Source: Candidatus Pacearchaeota archaeon (GTDB taxonomy: Archaea; Nanobdellota; Nanobdellia; Pacearchaeales; GW2011-AR1). Taken from it: a stretch of 45,101 nucleotides of DNA. Both the position numbers and the translations under genes were made by a program. The notes under the pieces are model-generated. The model saw nothing but the letters and a program-made list of their open reading frames with translations. It had not been told where the DNA came from and made no database searches. Shown piece by piece: positions 17,419 through 25,085 of this stretch (positions are counted from its first letter, which is position 1; every line of letters starts with the position of its first letter). Where the stretch lies: contig JAGVWY010000019.1 of NCBI GenBank assembly GCA_018304055.1, forward strand, positions 6,415 to 51,515, in the 5' to 3' direction.

Positions 17419-18168
17419 ATGAATGTTGAGGAAAAAATAAAAGAGGAGATTAAGAAAAATCCTAGCGATCCTATGAATTATTATTATTTGGCAAAAGAAT
17501 TAATGAAAAAACCATTAAAGGATGTTGAATCGTTGATAGTTATTGAAAATTTATTTAAAAAATCTATTGAACTAGGGCCTAATTTGTGGGCTCCAAAAAT
17601 AATGCTTGGCGAATTATTGTACAAAATGGGAAGATTTAACGAAGCAGAGCCTTATTTTAAAGAATCACTAAGCTACTATAAAATTCCATCTAATATTCCA
17701 GTCAAAGAATATTTAGTGAAGTGTTTATCAAAAAGTTCAAACCCAAGTGGAAATGTACAAGAAGTAGGTTCAAAACGAGATTCATTATATTTATTTGAGA
17801 ATAACGTAAGAGAATTTATACGGATACTGCTTGAAAGTAACCATGGTGATGAGTGGTGGAGACAAGGAGTTCCAAGTAAAGTAAGAGCTAAATGCGCGTC
17901 GAGACGAGAAGAAGCTTTAGATGAAGAAAAAGAATCTGATTTATTACTATTTGCGGATTTTTATGATTACAAAATAATTATAGAAGAAAATAAAAATATT
18001 TTTGCGGGTTATATTGATACGAAAGAATGGTGTCAGAAACTTCAAGAGATGGAACCTATTAGGAATGCTATTGCGCATAATAGACCATTAAAGAATGCTC
18101 CGATTAGGGTTAAAGAGTATAATGTTGTATTTCAAAGAATCATAGAAAAAGTTAAAGGAGGTTTTTAA
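17419..18168 (+). CDS. TPR-like N-terminal domain fused to Swt1-type HEPN domain protein
   Basis: The C-terminal half has EWWRQGVPSKVRAKCASRRE ... FADFYDYKIII ... IRNAIAHNRP. RNxxxH is the HEPN R-x4-H motif. The N-terminal half is helical-repeat-like. Confidence 0.6.
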   Translation: MNVEEKIKEEIKKNPSDPMNYYYLAKELMKKPLKDVESLIVIENLFKKSIELGPNLWAPKIMLGELLYKMGRFNEAEPYFKESLSYYKIPSNIPVKEYLVKCLSKSSNPSGNVQEVGSKRDSLYLFENNVREFIRILLESNHGDEWWRQGVPSKVRAKCASRREEALDEEKESDLLLFADFYDYKIIIEENKNIFAGYIDTKEWCQKLQEMEPIRNAIAHNRPLKNAPIRVKEYNVVFQRIIEKVKGGF

Positions 18169-18174
18169 ATAAAA

Positions 18175-18651
18175 ATGAAAAAAATAATCACTCTTGTTTT
18201 TGTTATTTTATTAATAGTAAATCTAACATTTATTTATTTTTACATGAATCCTGAAATTTCAGGAGATATCATTAATGAGGGTAGAGAAAAAGGATTTGTT
18301 ACAAAAGTTATTGATGGAGATACTATTGTTGTAGAAGGAGAGCATGTTAGATTATTAGGGATTGATAGTGATGAAAAAGGAGATAAATGCTATAAAGAAG
18401 CTAAAGAAAAATTAGAAAAAGTTATTTTAAATAAAGAAGTTGAATTAGAAAGAGAGAATAAGGATAGAGATCAATATAAAAGACTATTAAGATATGTTTT
18501 TGTTGATGAGGAAAATGTTAATTTAAGAATGGTTGAAGAGGGATACGCAATTGCACGATTTTATGATACTAAAAAATATAAAGAAGAAATTATTGATGCA
18601 GAAGAAAATGCTAGAGAGAAAAAAATAGGATGTAAGTGGAAAGATTTATGA
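18175..18651 (+). CDS. membrane-anchored staphylococcal-nuclease-like thermonuclease
   Basis: N-terminal TM segment IITLVFVILLIVNLTFIYF. SNase motifs VIDGDTIVV..VRLLGIDSDE and RLLRYVFVD..NVNLRMVEEGYA. Confidence 0.8.
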   Translation: MKKIITLVFVILLIVNLTFIYFYMNPEISGDIINEGREKGFVTKVIDGDTIVVEGEHVRLLGIDSDEKGDKCYKEAKEKLEKVILNKEVELERENKDRDQYKRLLRYVFVDEENVNLRMVEEGYAIARFYDTKKYKEEIIDAEENAREKKIGCKWKDL

Positions 18652-19069
18652 TAGTTATTTTATAACTAAATATTTCCTATTAATGTAACTTGCGATAAAA
18701 GTAGACAATAACAGTATGGCTCTATGAATAATAACAAAAATTGTTGTTATAATATGCGAGGTATCCATTCAACAAGGCTATAATTGCCTGTAAAATTAAA
18801 GAATGAATCAAGCCAAAAATAAAGTAATAATATAGAGGGTATGATTAACTTTATGAGAATTGTTTTATATGAAGTTGTGAATGCTATAACCTATGTAACA
18901 ATAAACAAAGGTAAAAATACTACGAAGAAAATAGAATCAGAGACGTGAAACCATTTTAATCTTGAACTAAAACTATCGTCAATTAAAACAAATGAAATAT
19001 AAATCGCTATAATGAAGTTTATTATAAATAGTAATCTATGATATCTTAGACCATTTAAAAGTCAAGCAG

Positions 19070-19264
19070 TTAAGTTCTCATTTTGTTCATAATATGGGAA
19101 ACTAAAAATCCTATAAGAATGCCTAATGCAACCCCATAATAACTGGTTCTAAAAGCAACTGCAAACGCCCCTAATAACAGGATTATTATAATAATTCCTA
19201 GCCAAATATTTTTATTGGAAGATTTTCTGTTTTTGAATATTAATTTTCTCGCTCTCTTTTTCAT
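19070..19264 (-). CDS. small two-TM membrane protein
   Basis: ATG at 19264, 24 nt downstream of the helicase stop. Basic N-terminus followed by two hydrophobic segments. Confidence 0.4.
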   Translation of the reverse strand: MKKRARKLIFKNRKSSNKNIWLGIIIIILLLGAFAVAFRTSYYGVALGILIGFLVSHIMNKMRT

Positions 19265-19288
19265 GTTAGAATGAAGACAAAACAAGTT

Positions 19289-20848
19289 TTAAATGTTTTG
19301 GTTTTGATGATTGTTGGTGTTTGAACGCATGTTTAATATCTTAATCATTTCTTCATTTATGAAATTAGTATGTCTTTTGCCTGAATAAGTTAAAAAAAGA
19401 TTTTTCTTTGCTCTTGAAATAGCAACATAAAATAACCTTTTTTCTTCTTGCTCTTTATCATAATCATTTATTTTTAAGATATCAATTACAGGATTTTCCG
19501 AATATTTACATGGGAAATTTTGCTCATTGCAACCAATAATGAAAACAGTCTCGGATTCTAATCCTTTAATAGCATGAATTGTTGATAAGGTTATTCCAGA
19601 ATAATGTGAAATATCATCTTCTTTTTTAATAGTATAAGGAATGTTTTTATTTTTTAATAAAACTGATAATTCTTGTAGCTGTTTATTCGTTCTCGCTAGA
19701 ATAAAAATATCTTTATATTCCTTAATTTTTTTTATAATAAAATTAAACTCGTCTCTTTCAGAAAAAAATTCATATAAAAAACAGCTATCTTCTTCTGGAA
19801 AAATGGATTTTAAGTCTGGTAAATTAAAAGGTTTAATTAAACTGTTTATTATATCCACTATTTTTTTATTGCTTCTATAGTTTTTATTTAGGATTATTGT
19901 TTCATATTGAGGATATTTTTTTTCAAAATCTAACAGGTAGTTAATATTAGATCCCCTCCATCCATATATAGATTGCCGAGGATCTCCAACTATAAATAAA
20001 TTTTTTGGTGCTAATAATTCTAAAAGCTCTATCTGTTGATTATTAACATCTTGGTATTCATCAACTAAAATATGTTCAAATTTCGGAATAAATAAAAAAT
20101 TTTTAGTGAAAAAAGCTATTACATCTAATAATTGATCATTGTATGTTCTCAATCCTTGGAGTTTTAAAGAATTTTCAAGTTGTTTACAGACCATAAGCAA
20201 TGTTTTAGCTGTTTGATTGTTTGAAGTTGTTTGAACAGAGAAATCTTCTAATCGTTTGTTTTTTGATTTAAAATAATCAAGTATGAAAAAACAATCATCA
20301 ATTAATTGAAAGGTTAATTCTTCCTTAGATTTATTTGATTTTTGATAGTCTTTAAAATATTCTTCGATAAGAGTTTCTCTGGTGATATTGAGAGATTGCA
20401 ATGCTAAACTGAATAATATTTGTTTATGTGTGTAATCTAGCACTTTTGTTTGTTTTCCATAAATTTTGTGAGAATATTTTTGAAGAAATTTTTCTGAAAA
20501 TGAATTAAAAGTTTCAACATTTGCTATAATCCCATTTTTTAGAAGGCGATTCTGCATTTCTTGTCTTGCTTTTCTTGTAAAGGTAATGGCAAGTATTTTT
20601 TCTGAATTAACTCCTTTATATTTTACAAGAAACTCAACTCTTTTTGTTAAAATAGTTGTTTTTCCTGTTCCTGCCCCGGCTATACACTTAATGATAGGGG
20701 AATTTGAGATAATTGCTTTTTTTTGGAAGTCGTCATAAGGAGCAAGAAATGTGGAAAGTTCTTTAAAGATAATTTTATCTTGTTCTGTGATAGTTGTTTG
20801 TTTAGACAGCTGATTATCTATTGAAAAAATATTATTAATATCGACCAT
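19289..20848 (-). CDS. compact UvrD/Rep/PcrA-family SF1 helicase
   Basis: GAGTGKTTIL (motif I), AITFTRKA (Ia), ILVDEYQD (II), FIVGDPRQSIYGWRGS (III), NYRS (IV), TIHAIKGLE (V), LFYVAISRAK (VI). Confidence 0.85.
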   Translation of the reverse strand: MVDINNIFSIDNQLSKQTTITEQDKIIFKELSTFLAPYDDFQKKAIISNSPIIKCIAGAGTGKTTILTKRVEFLVKYKGVNSEKILAITFTRKARQEMQNRLLKNGIIANVETFNSFSEKFLQKYSHKIYGKQTKVLDYTHKQILFSLALQSLNITRETLIEEYFKDYQKSNKSKEELTFQLIDDCFFILDYFKSKNKRLEDFSVQTTSNNQTAKTLLMVCKQLENSLKLQGLRTYNDQLLDVIAFFTKNFLFIPKFEHILVDEYQDVNNQQIELLELLAPKNLFIVGDPRQSIYGWRGSNINYLLDFEKKYPQYETIILNKNYRSNKKIVDIINSLIKPFNLPDLKSIFPEEDSCFLYEFFSERDEFNFIIKKIKEYKDIFILARTNKQLQELSVLLKNKNIPYTIKKEDDISHYSGITLSTIHAIKGLESETVFIIGCNEQNFPCKYSENPVIDILKINDYDKEQEEKRLFYVAISRAKKNLFLTYSGKRHTNFINEEMIKILNMRSNTNNHQNQNI

Positions 20849-20939
20849 TTTGTTTTTTATGAAGTCCAGAAGTTATTTAAACGTTTTTGATTTTCTGTTA
20901 TATAAATTCTTATAAATTTCATTCATCTTATATTTTTTA

Positions 20940-21320
20940 ATGGATAAAATTGAAGAAATTTATAGAACCTCTAAAATAGTTCTTGTTCATACTCCTGTTA
21001 GCGAGAGTAATATTGGGGATATAAGGGTTACAGTTATTGATGAAGAGTACCAAAAAAAGCTTTACGCAAAATCTTTTTGTTCAACCTATACTCGAAGAAA
21101 AGGGTATGGAAAATATGCTGATTTAGGACTTTGGTTACGAAATTTACGCGAGAGCAAAAAATATTTTGGGAGAATAAAACGTCTACTACTAAATCCCCCT
21201 GAAAAAGTTCAAATAAATAAAACCCTTTTAGAGATGTTGCTAAAAAACGAAGAAAATGATCTTAATGAAGCTGTCTTTGATTTAGCTGATTACGTTAGGA
21301 TGTTTATCCCAGACCCTTAG
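20940..21320 (+). CDS. hypothetical protein
   Basis: 126-aa ORF with an ATG start. No motif recognised. Confidence 0.45.
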   Translation: MDKIEEIYRTSKIVLVHTPVSESNIGDIRVTVIDEEYQKKLYAKSFCSTYTRRKGYGKYADLGLWLRNLRESKKYFGRIKRLLLNPPEKVQINKTLLEMLLKNEENDLNEAVFDLADYVRMFIPDP

Positions 21321-21348
21321 TTTTAAACAATTATAATCTTGGATTATT

Positions 21349-21825
21349 TTATAAAAATATTTTTCTATCATCTTCAAAAATTGGCAGGCCTTGTTGTTTA
21401 AGAATTATATTTAATTGTTCGATTATTTCTTTTCTATATTTAGCTTGATGAATCATTTTGTGATGATTTGGACATAATCCAATTAGATTATTTTCTGAAT
21501 TATTCTTTTTGTTTTTATCTAAATGATGGAGTTCGACGATCTTATCAAAACCACAAACCATGCATTGTTTTGTTACTTTTCTATATAATTCTAGATCAAC
21601 ATTATGCCATTTTTTATAATTGTAAGCCTTTGCTTTTTCTAAATTAAATAATGTATTGTAACATCCATTGCATAATCCTTTTGCATGATGGGGCAGTCGC
21701 CTTTTACATCTTTTACACTCTCTTAACTTTGGTTTCCATATTAGTTTTTTATAACAGGTCGTACACATGCCTTTTGAATGTTTAATACATTCTCTTTTAC
21801 AATTCTCACAAATTTGTTTTTCCAA
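21349..21825 (-). CDS. HNH endonuclease with N-terminal CxxC zinc-ribbon repeats
   Basis: Several CxxC pairs (CENCKREC, CTTCY, CKRCKR, CNGCY). HNH core is ELHHLDKNKKNNSENNLIGLCPNHHKMIH. The TTG start is preceded by AAGGTGA. Confidence 0.75.
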   Translation of the reverse strand: MEKQICENCKRECIKHSKGMCTTCYKKLIWKPKLRECKRCKRRLPHHAKGLCNGCYNTLFNLEKAKAYNYKKWHNVDLELYRKVTKQCMVCGFDKIVELHHLDKNKKNNSENNLIGLCPNHHKMIHQAKYRKEIIEQLNIILKQQGLPIFEDDRKIFL

Positions 21826-21853
21826 TTTATTTCACCTTTTAGTTACATGATTA

Positions 21854-21886
21854 GGCGCCAATACTTTATAAACTTTTCGGCGCCAA
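21854..21886. promoter_or_regulatory. two GGCGCCAA direct repeats flanking a TATA-like box in a divergent promoter region
   Basis: GGCGCCAA occurs at 21854-21861 and 21879-21886, with CTTTATAAAC between them. These are the only GC-rich octamers in this AT-rich spacer between the HNH gene and the AbrB-like ORF. Confidence 0.3.
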
Positions 21887-21910
21887 AATATTTAAATATA
21901 AACCTAGTTT

Positions 21911-22075
21911 ATGAAGATTATGAAATTAATAAAACATTACACCACGAAAGATAAAAAATATTTTAAGTATGAGGTTGTGATTCCTAATGATAAAGTTAAA
22001 GAGGCTGGATTAAATGAAAAAGATGAATTGAGGATAGATATTAAAAAGGGAGAGTTGAGATTGAGAAAAAAATGA
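21911..22075 (+). CDS. small AbrB/SpoVT-like DNA-binding protein (54 aa, below ORF-track cutoff)
   Basis: My translation: MKIMKLIKHYTTKDKKYFKYEVVIPNDKVKEAGLNEKDELRIDIKKGELRLRKK. The V-x-IP ... GL ... D-x-L ... G-x-L-x-L pattern resembles swapped-hairpin AbrB/MazE-type domains. Confidence 0.4.
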   Translation: MKIMKLIKHYTTKDKKYFKYEVVIPNDKVKEAGLNEKDELRIDIKKGELRLRKK

Positions 22076-22086
22076 TTTTTAGATAC

Positions 22087-22234
22087 TTAAACACTACTGA
22101 TGGTTGTTTAAACCTTTATTTAAACACTACATTAAATATGCAGTAAGTTTATAGCAATAATTAAAAGTTGTTGCATTGCTAATTAACACTACAATCTACC
22201 ATCCTAATGAATCTTTAGTGATATTAACACTACA
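22087..22234 (+). repeat. four direct copies of TTAA(A)CACTAC(A) in an intergenic spacer
   Basis: Copies lie at 22087-22097, 22120-22130, 22183-22193 and 22224-22234. The octamer AACACTAC is exact in all four. Confidence 0.6.
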
Positions 22235-22308
22235 ACATTTAAAATTGAAAGTTTTTAGTTAAGTGCGAGGATATAAAAATATATAAAGTTCAGTTTCTAT
22301 AGACTTTT

Positions 22309-22536
22309 ATGGAGCGAAGTGCTTATCAAGATATTATGAAAAGTATTAGTCAAAAATTTTATACTAGGGGTATGTATCAATATTATTTTATAGGATGTGA
22401 AGAAGGTAGGTTTAAATTTCAAGAACTTCATTTAGTAGGAGGGGTTGCGAGAACTAAGGAATTTAGTTTAGAGGAATTAAAAGAATTAGTTCCAGAATAC
22501 TCTGGACTTGAACAAAAAACAGGAACTAAGAAATAA
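22309..22536 (+). CDS. hypothetical protein
   Basis: 75-aa ORF with an ATG start. It competes with the antisense ORF 22428..22658. I prefer the plus ORF because a hairpin follows its stop. Confidence 0.35.
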   Translation: MERSAYQDIMKSISQKFYTRGMYQYYFIGCEEGRFKFQELHLVGGVARTKEFSLEELKELVPEYSGLEQKTGTKK

Positions 22537-22654
22537 GGTTTTTCCTCGTTCGCACATAAGAAAATGCGAACTACCGCTAATGTATCTTGTGCGAAGTTCT
22601 TACTCATAAATGTGGAAATAGCTGAAAAAACTGGTTTTTGGATAGAATTAAGTA

Positions 22655-22954
22655 TCAACAGGGAGGATAAGACTTTGCTATTTCAAGATTTGTATGACAT
22701 GTTAGATCTTCTAGGTCAGAAAATTTAAAATGAATAATTTCTCCATCACCCAATCTTTTGAATTCAAAACCTTGAGATGTTAATCCCATATAACTATATG
22801 AAACTCCTTTACTGTCTGTAAATTCTCTTTTTGCATACTTCACCTCATCATATATCGAAATGTTTATAGGAATTTCTCGTTTAAATTCACAGTCCAACAT
22901 TTCTCTTAAACTCTTGCTTTCAGAGTATGTCTCATTTTCAAGCTCTGTTGCCAT
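22655..22954 (-). CDS. hypothetical protein
   Basis: 99-aa ORF with an ATG start. No motif recognised. Confidence 0.45.
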   Translation of the reverse strand: MATELENETYSESKSLREMLDCEFKREIPINISIYDEVKYAKREFTDSKGVSYSYMGLTSQGFEFKRLGDGEIIHFKFSDLEDLTCHTNLEIAKSYPPC

Positions 22955-23007
22955 ATTTTCTAAAGATTTTATATTTTAATAAAGATTTCTATAAAAAAGT
23001 ATACCTA

Positions 23008-23331
23008 TTAGAAATTCTCATCATCTCCAAATAACTCTTTGAACTTCTTTCGTAGTTTTGGTGATTTTTCAAATTCATCGAGGAATCTAATGTCACTTAT
23101 TTCAGGGATATATGCATCGGATGTTATTGCAGGTTCTCCAATATCAAAAACTGCAACTTCAAAGATTGAATTATCTCGTGTTTCGTATATAAGCCGATAA
23201 TTATCTTTAGAATAAGCTCCTCTTGATTTGTCGCCTTTAATAAATTTGAAACCTCCGGATCTTAAAGCATCAAAAAAAGGTCCTTGATTATCATCAATAA
23301 TATCGTCTAAATTTTTTGATTGATCGGTCAT
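23008..23331 (-). CDS. hypothetical acidic protein
   Basis: 107-aa ORF with an ATG start. No motif recognised. Confidence 0.5.
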   Translation of the reverse strand: MTDQSKNLDDIIDDNQGPFFDALRSGGFKFIKGDKSRGAYSKDNYRLIYETRDNSIFEVAVFDIGEPAITSDAYIPEISDIRFLDEFEKSPKLRKKFKELFGDDENF

Positions 23332-23450
23332 TTTTATTATATTTATTATTAAGATTAGTATTTAATTATTACTATGAAATTATTACTATGATTTATCAGC
23401 TATTTTCTTATGCAAAAACTTTTAGTTTTTGATTAAAAGTTTTTATTGCT

Positions 23451-23545
23451 CCAATTGGGTTAATACCCCGTAGCTTGCTACGATATTTTTCGTTCCCAAT
23501 TGGAGGCTTAAAAAATACCCCACAGCTTGCGGTGATTGGGATTTT
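23451..23545 (+). other. tandem pair of CCAATTGG + GC-rich hairpin + T-run units (possible small structured RNAs or protein-binding sites)
   Basis: Unit 1 is CCAATTGGGTTAATACCCCGTAGCTTGCTACGATATTTTT. Unit 2 is CCAATTGGAGGCTTAAAAAATACCCCACAGCTTGCGGTGATTGGGATTTTTT. The hairpin stems differ by paired substitutions. Confidence 0.3.
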
Positions 23546-23887
23546 TTATTTGAACTTAGTAGTGTGTCGATTTTAAATTTCCAGTTGTTTGTTTAATAAA
23601 ACAGAGGTTTTTTTAAGTCAAAAGCTATGGGCCCTACAGTTAAGTCATATGATTGTTTTAACTCTTGTGATTTTTTTCGTGGAGATATTGTATATTTAAG
23701 AGAAGATTCTCCTAATAGAATACAATTTTTAAGTAACTCCGAACTAAAATAGTATAAGCAGTTGTAATTAGGTGAATAACCTCTAATAATAAAATGAAGA
23801 AAATAATTTATTAAGTTGATTAAAACCCATAGTGAAATTAATTATGAGTAGTTTTTCGAGGTTTACTCAATGGAAAAAGAAAAAAAA

Positions 23888-24127
23888 TTATCTTCTCTGG
23901 CAGAAACACCATTTTTTTAACAACAATATTGCTGCAGATACTACGATAACCCACTTAGCCCAAATTGTTCCGTACCAGCCAGGAACTAAGGCGACAACTA
24001 AAATAATAATAGGCAAAAGCCATTTACAGACACCACAAAAACCGCACTCGGGGCATTTATATCTGATAGAATTTAGGTCTATTTTAGTGGTTTTGTTTCT
24101 TATCTTATATCCTCTTTTTTTTGCCAT
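23888..24127 (-). CDS. small zinc-ribbon membrane protein
   Basis: CPECGFCGVC is followed by two hydrophobic segments. It looks more protein-like than the overlapping plus-strand ORF 23832..24146. Confidence 0.45.
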   Translation of the reverse strand: MAKKRGYKIRNKTTKIDLNSIRYKCPECGFCGVCKWLLPIIILVVALVPGWYGTIWAKWVIVVSAAILLLKKWCFCQRR

Positions 24128-24455
24128 AAAACCTCTTTTTATTTAATAACAATTTAATTATATTTTGATTCAAATATATATAAATAGAGGTATATAAAGG
24201 TTTTTATTTAATAAAATTTGTAAAAGTTGATTAATTAATTAAAATTAAGCTATTTTTAGTTAATTTTTAATCAAAAATTGATTAATTATGTGTAAAATTA
24301 ATTAGTTAATTTTTGATTAATATCAAGATTAATAATCTTGTTTTCTTAAGTTTTTTTGAGAAAATTTGATTTTTTAAAATAAGATATTTAAAATTTATCG
24401 TCGATTAAATTTTATAATAGGAAAGATTTATAAATTAATAAAAATAGATAGTATT

Positions 24456-25085
24456 ATGTTTGGATTCTTTAAAAAAAAGGTAGAAAAAAAAGAGATTGAA
24501 CAGCTTAAACAGGCTGTTCAAACAGGTTTCAACAGTGTCAAACAAGACATGAACAATTTGACGAAATGGATCAAACACCTGGATTCAAGGGATAATATAA
24601 TTGTTAAGGATTTTAAGCAGGAAATTCAGAATATTCACGACGATATTTCCAGGCTTAATGAGGACATGGAAAATTTAAAAAATATGATTTCCGTAGTGGG
24701 CAAACGGCCGCTGTTTAAACACGAACAAACACTGTTTAATAAACAAACAGTTGTTGATGGTGTTTTAAACACTGTTCAAACAGGTGTTCAAACACTATTT
24801 TTGGATAGATTAACGCCAAATGAAAGAGTTATAGTTTTTACTTTACTTAACTCTGATATGAAATTGAGTTATGAAGATCTTGCTGCTATGTTGGGAAAAA
24901 ATAAAGCGACAATTAGGGGGCAGGTAAACAGTATAAAGCAGAAAAGTGAAGGTTTAATAGAAGAATTTATTGGAGGGGGGAATAAAAAAAGAGTGTATAT
25001 TCCTGAAAATATCAAAGAAATGTTAATAAAAAAAAGAAAAGTGAGAGATGGTAGCAGAAAGAGAACTAAAGAAAATAATAGGTAA
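24456..25085 (+). CDS. coiled-coil + Q/T-rich linker + C-terminal winged-helix DNA-binding protein
   Basis: Heptad-like N-terminus. The linker reads EQTLFNKQTVVDGVLNTVQTGVQT. The C-terminal domain reads LTPNERVIVFTLLNSDMKLSYEDLAAMLGKNKATIRGQVNSIKQK (HTH-like). Confidence 0.6.
   Translation: MFGFFKKKVEKKEIEQLKQAVQTGFNSVKQDMNNLTKWIKHLDSRDNIIVKDFKQEIQNIHDDISRLNEDMENLKNMISVVGKRPLFKHEQTLFNKQTVVDGVLNTVQTGVQTLFLDRLTPNERVIVFTLLNSDMKLSYEDLAAMLGKNKATIRGQVNSIKQKSEGLIEEFIGGGNKKRVYIPENIKEMLIKKRKVRDGSRKRTKENNR

Noticed and set aside
22428-22658. 76-aa minus-strand ORF
   Set aside because: It overlaps the 3-prime third of plus ORF 22309..22536 and the hairpin region. Its product is low-complexity with no start context, so it is probably a shadow ORF.
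23451-23545. tRNA or tRNA fragment (possible att site)
   Set aside because: There is no T-loop (GTTCRANYC) and no acceptor/anticodon cloverleaf geometry. The segment is better described as two tandem hairpin units.
23627-23752. 41-aa ORF (MGPTVKSYDCFNSCDFFRGD..) in the 23.3-23.9 kb spacer
   Set aside because: It has no ribosome-binding site, no motif and no supporting context, and it is too short to call from sequence alone.
23832-24146. 104-aa plus-strand ORF
   Set aside because: It is fully antisense to 23888..24127, whose product has a CPxCG zinc-ribbon plus TM organisation. The plus product looks like a translated complement.
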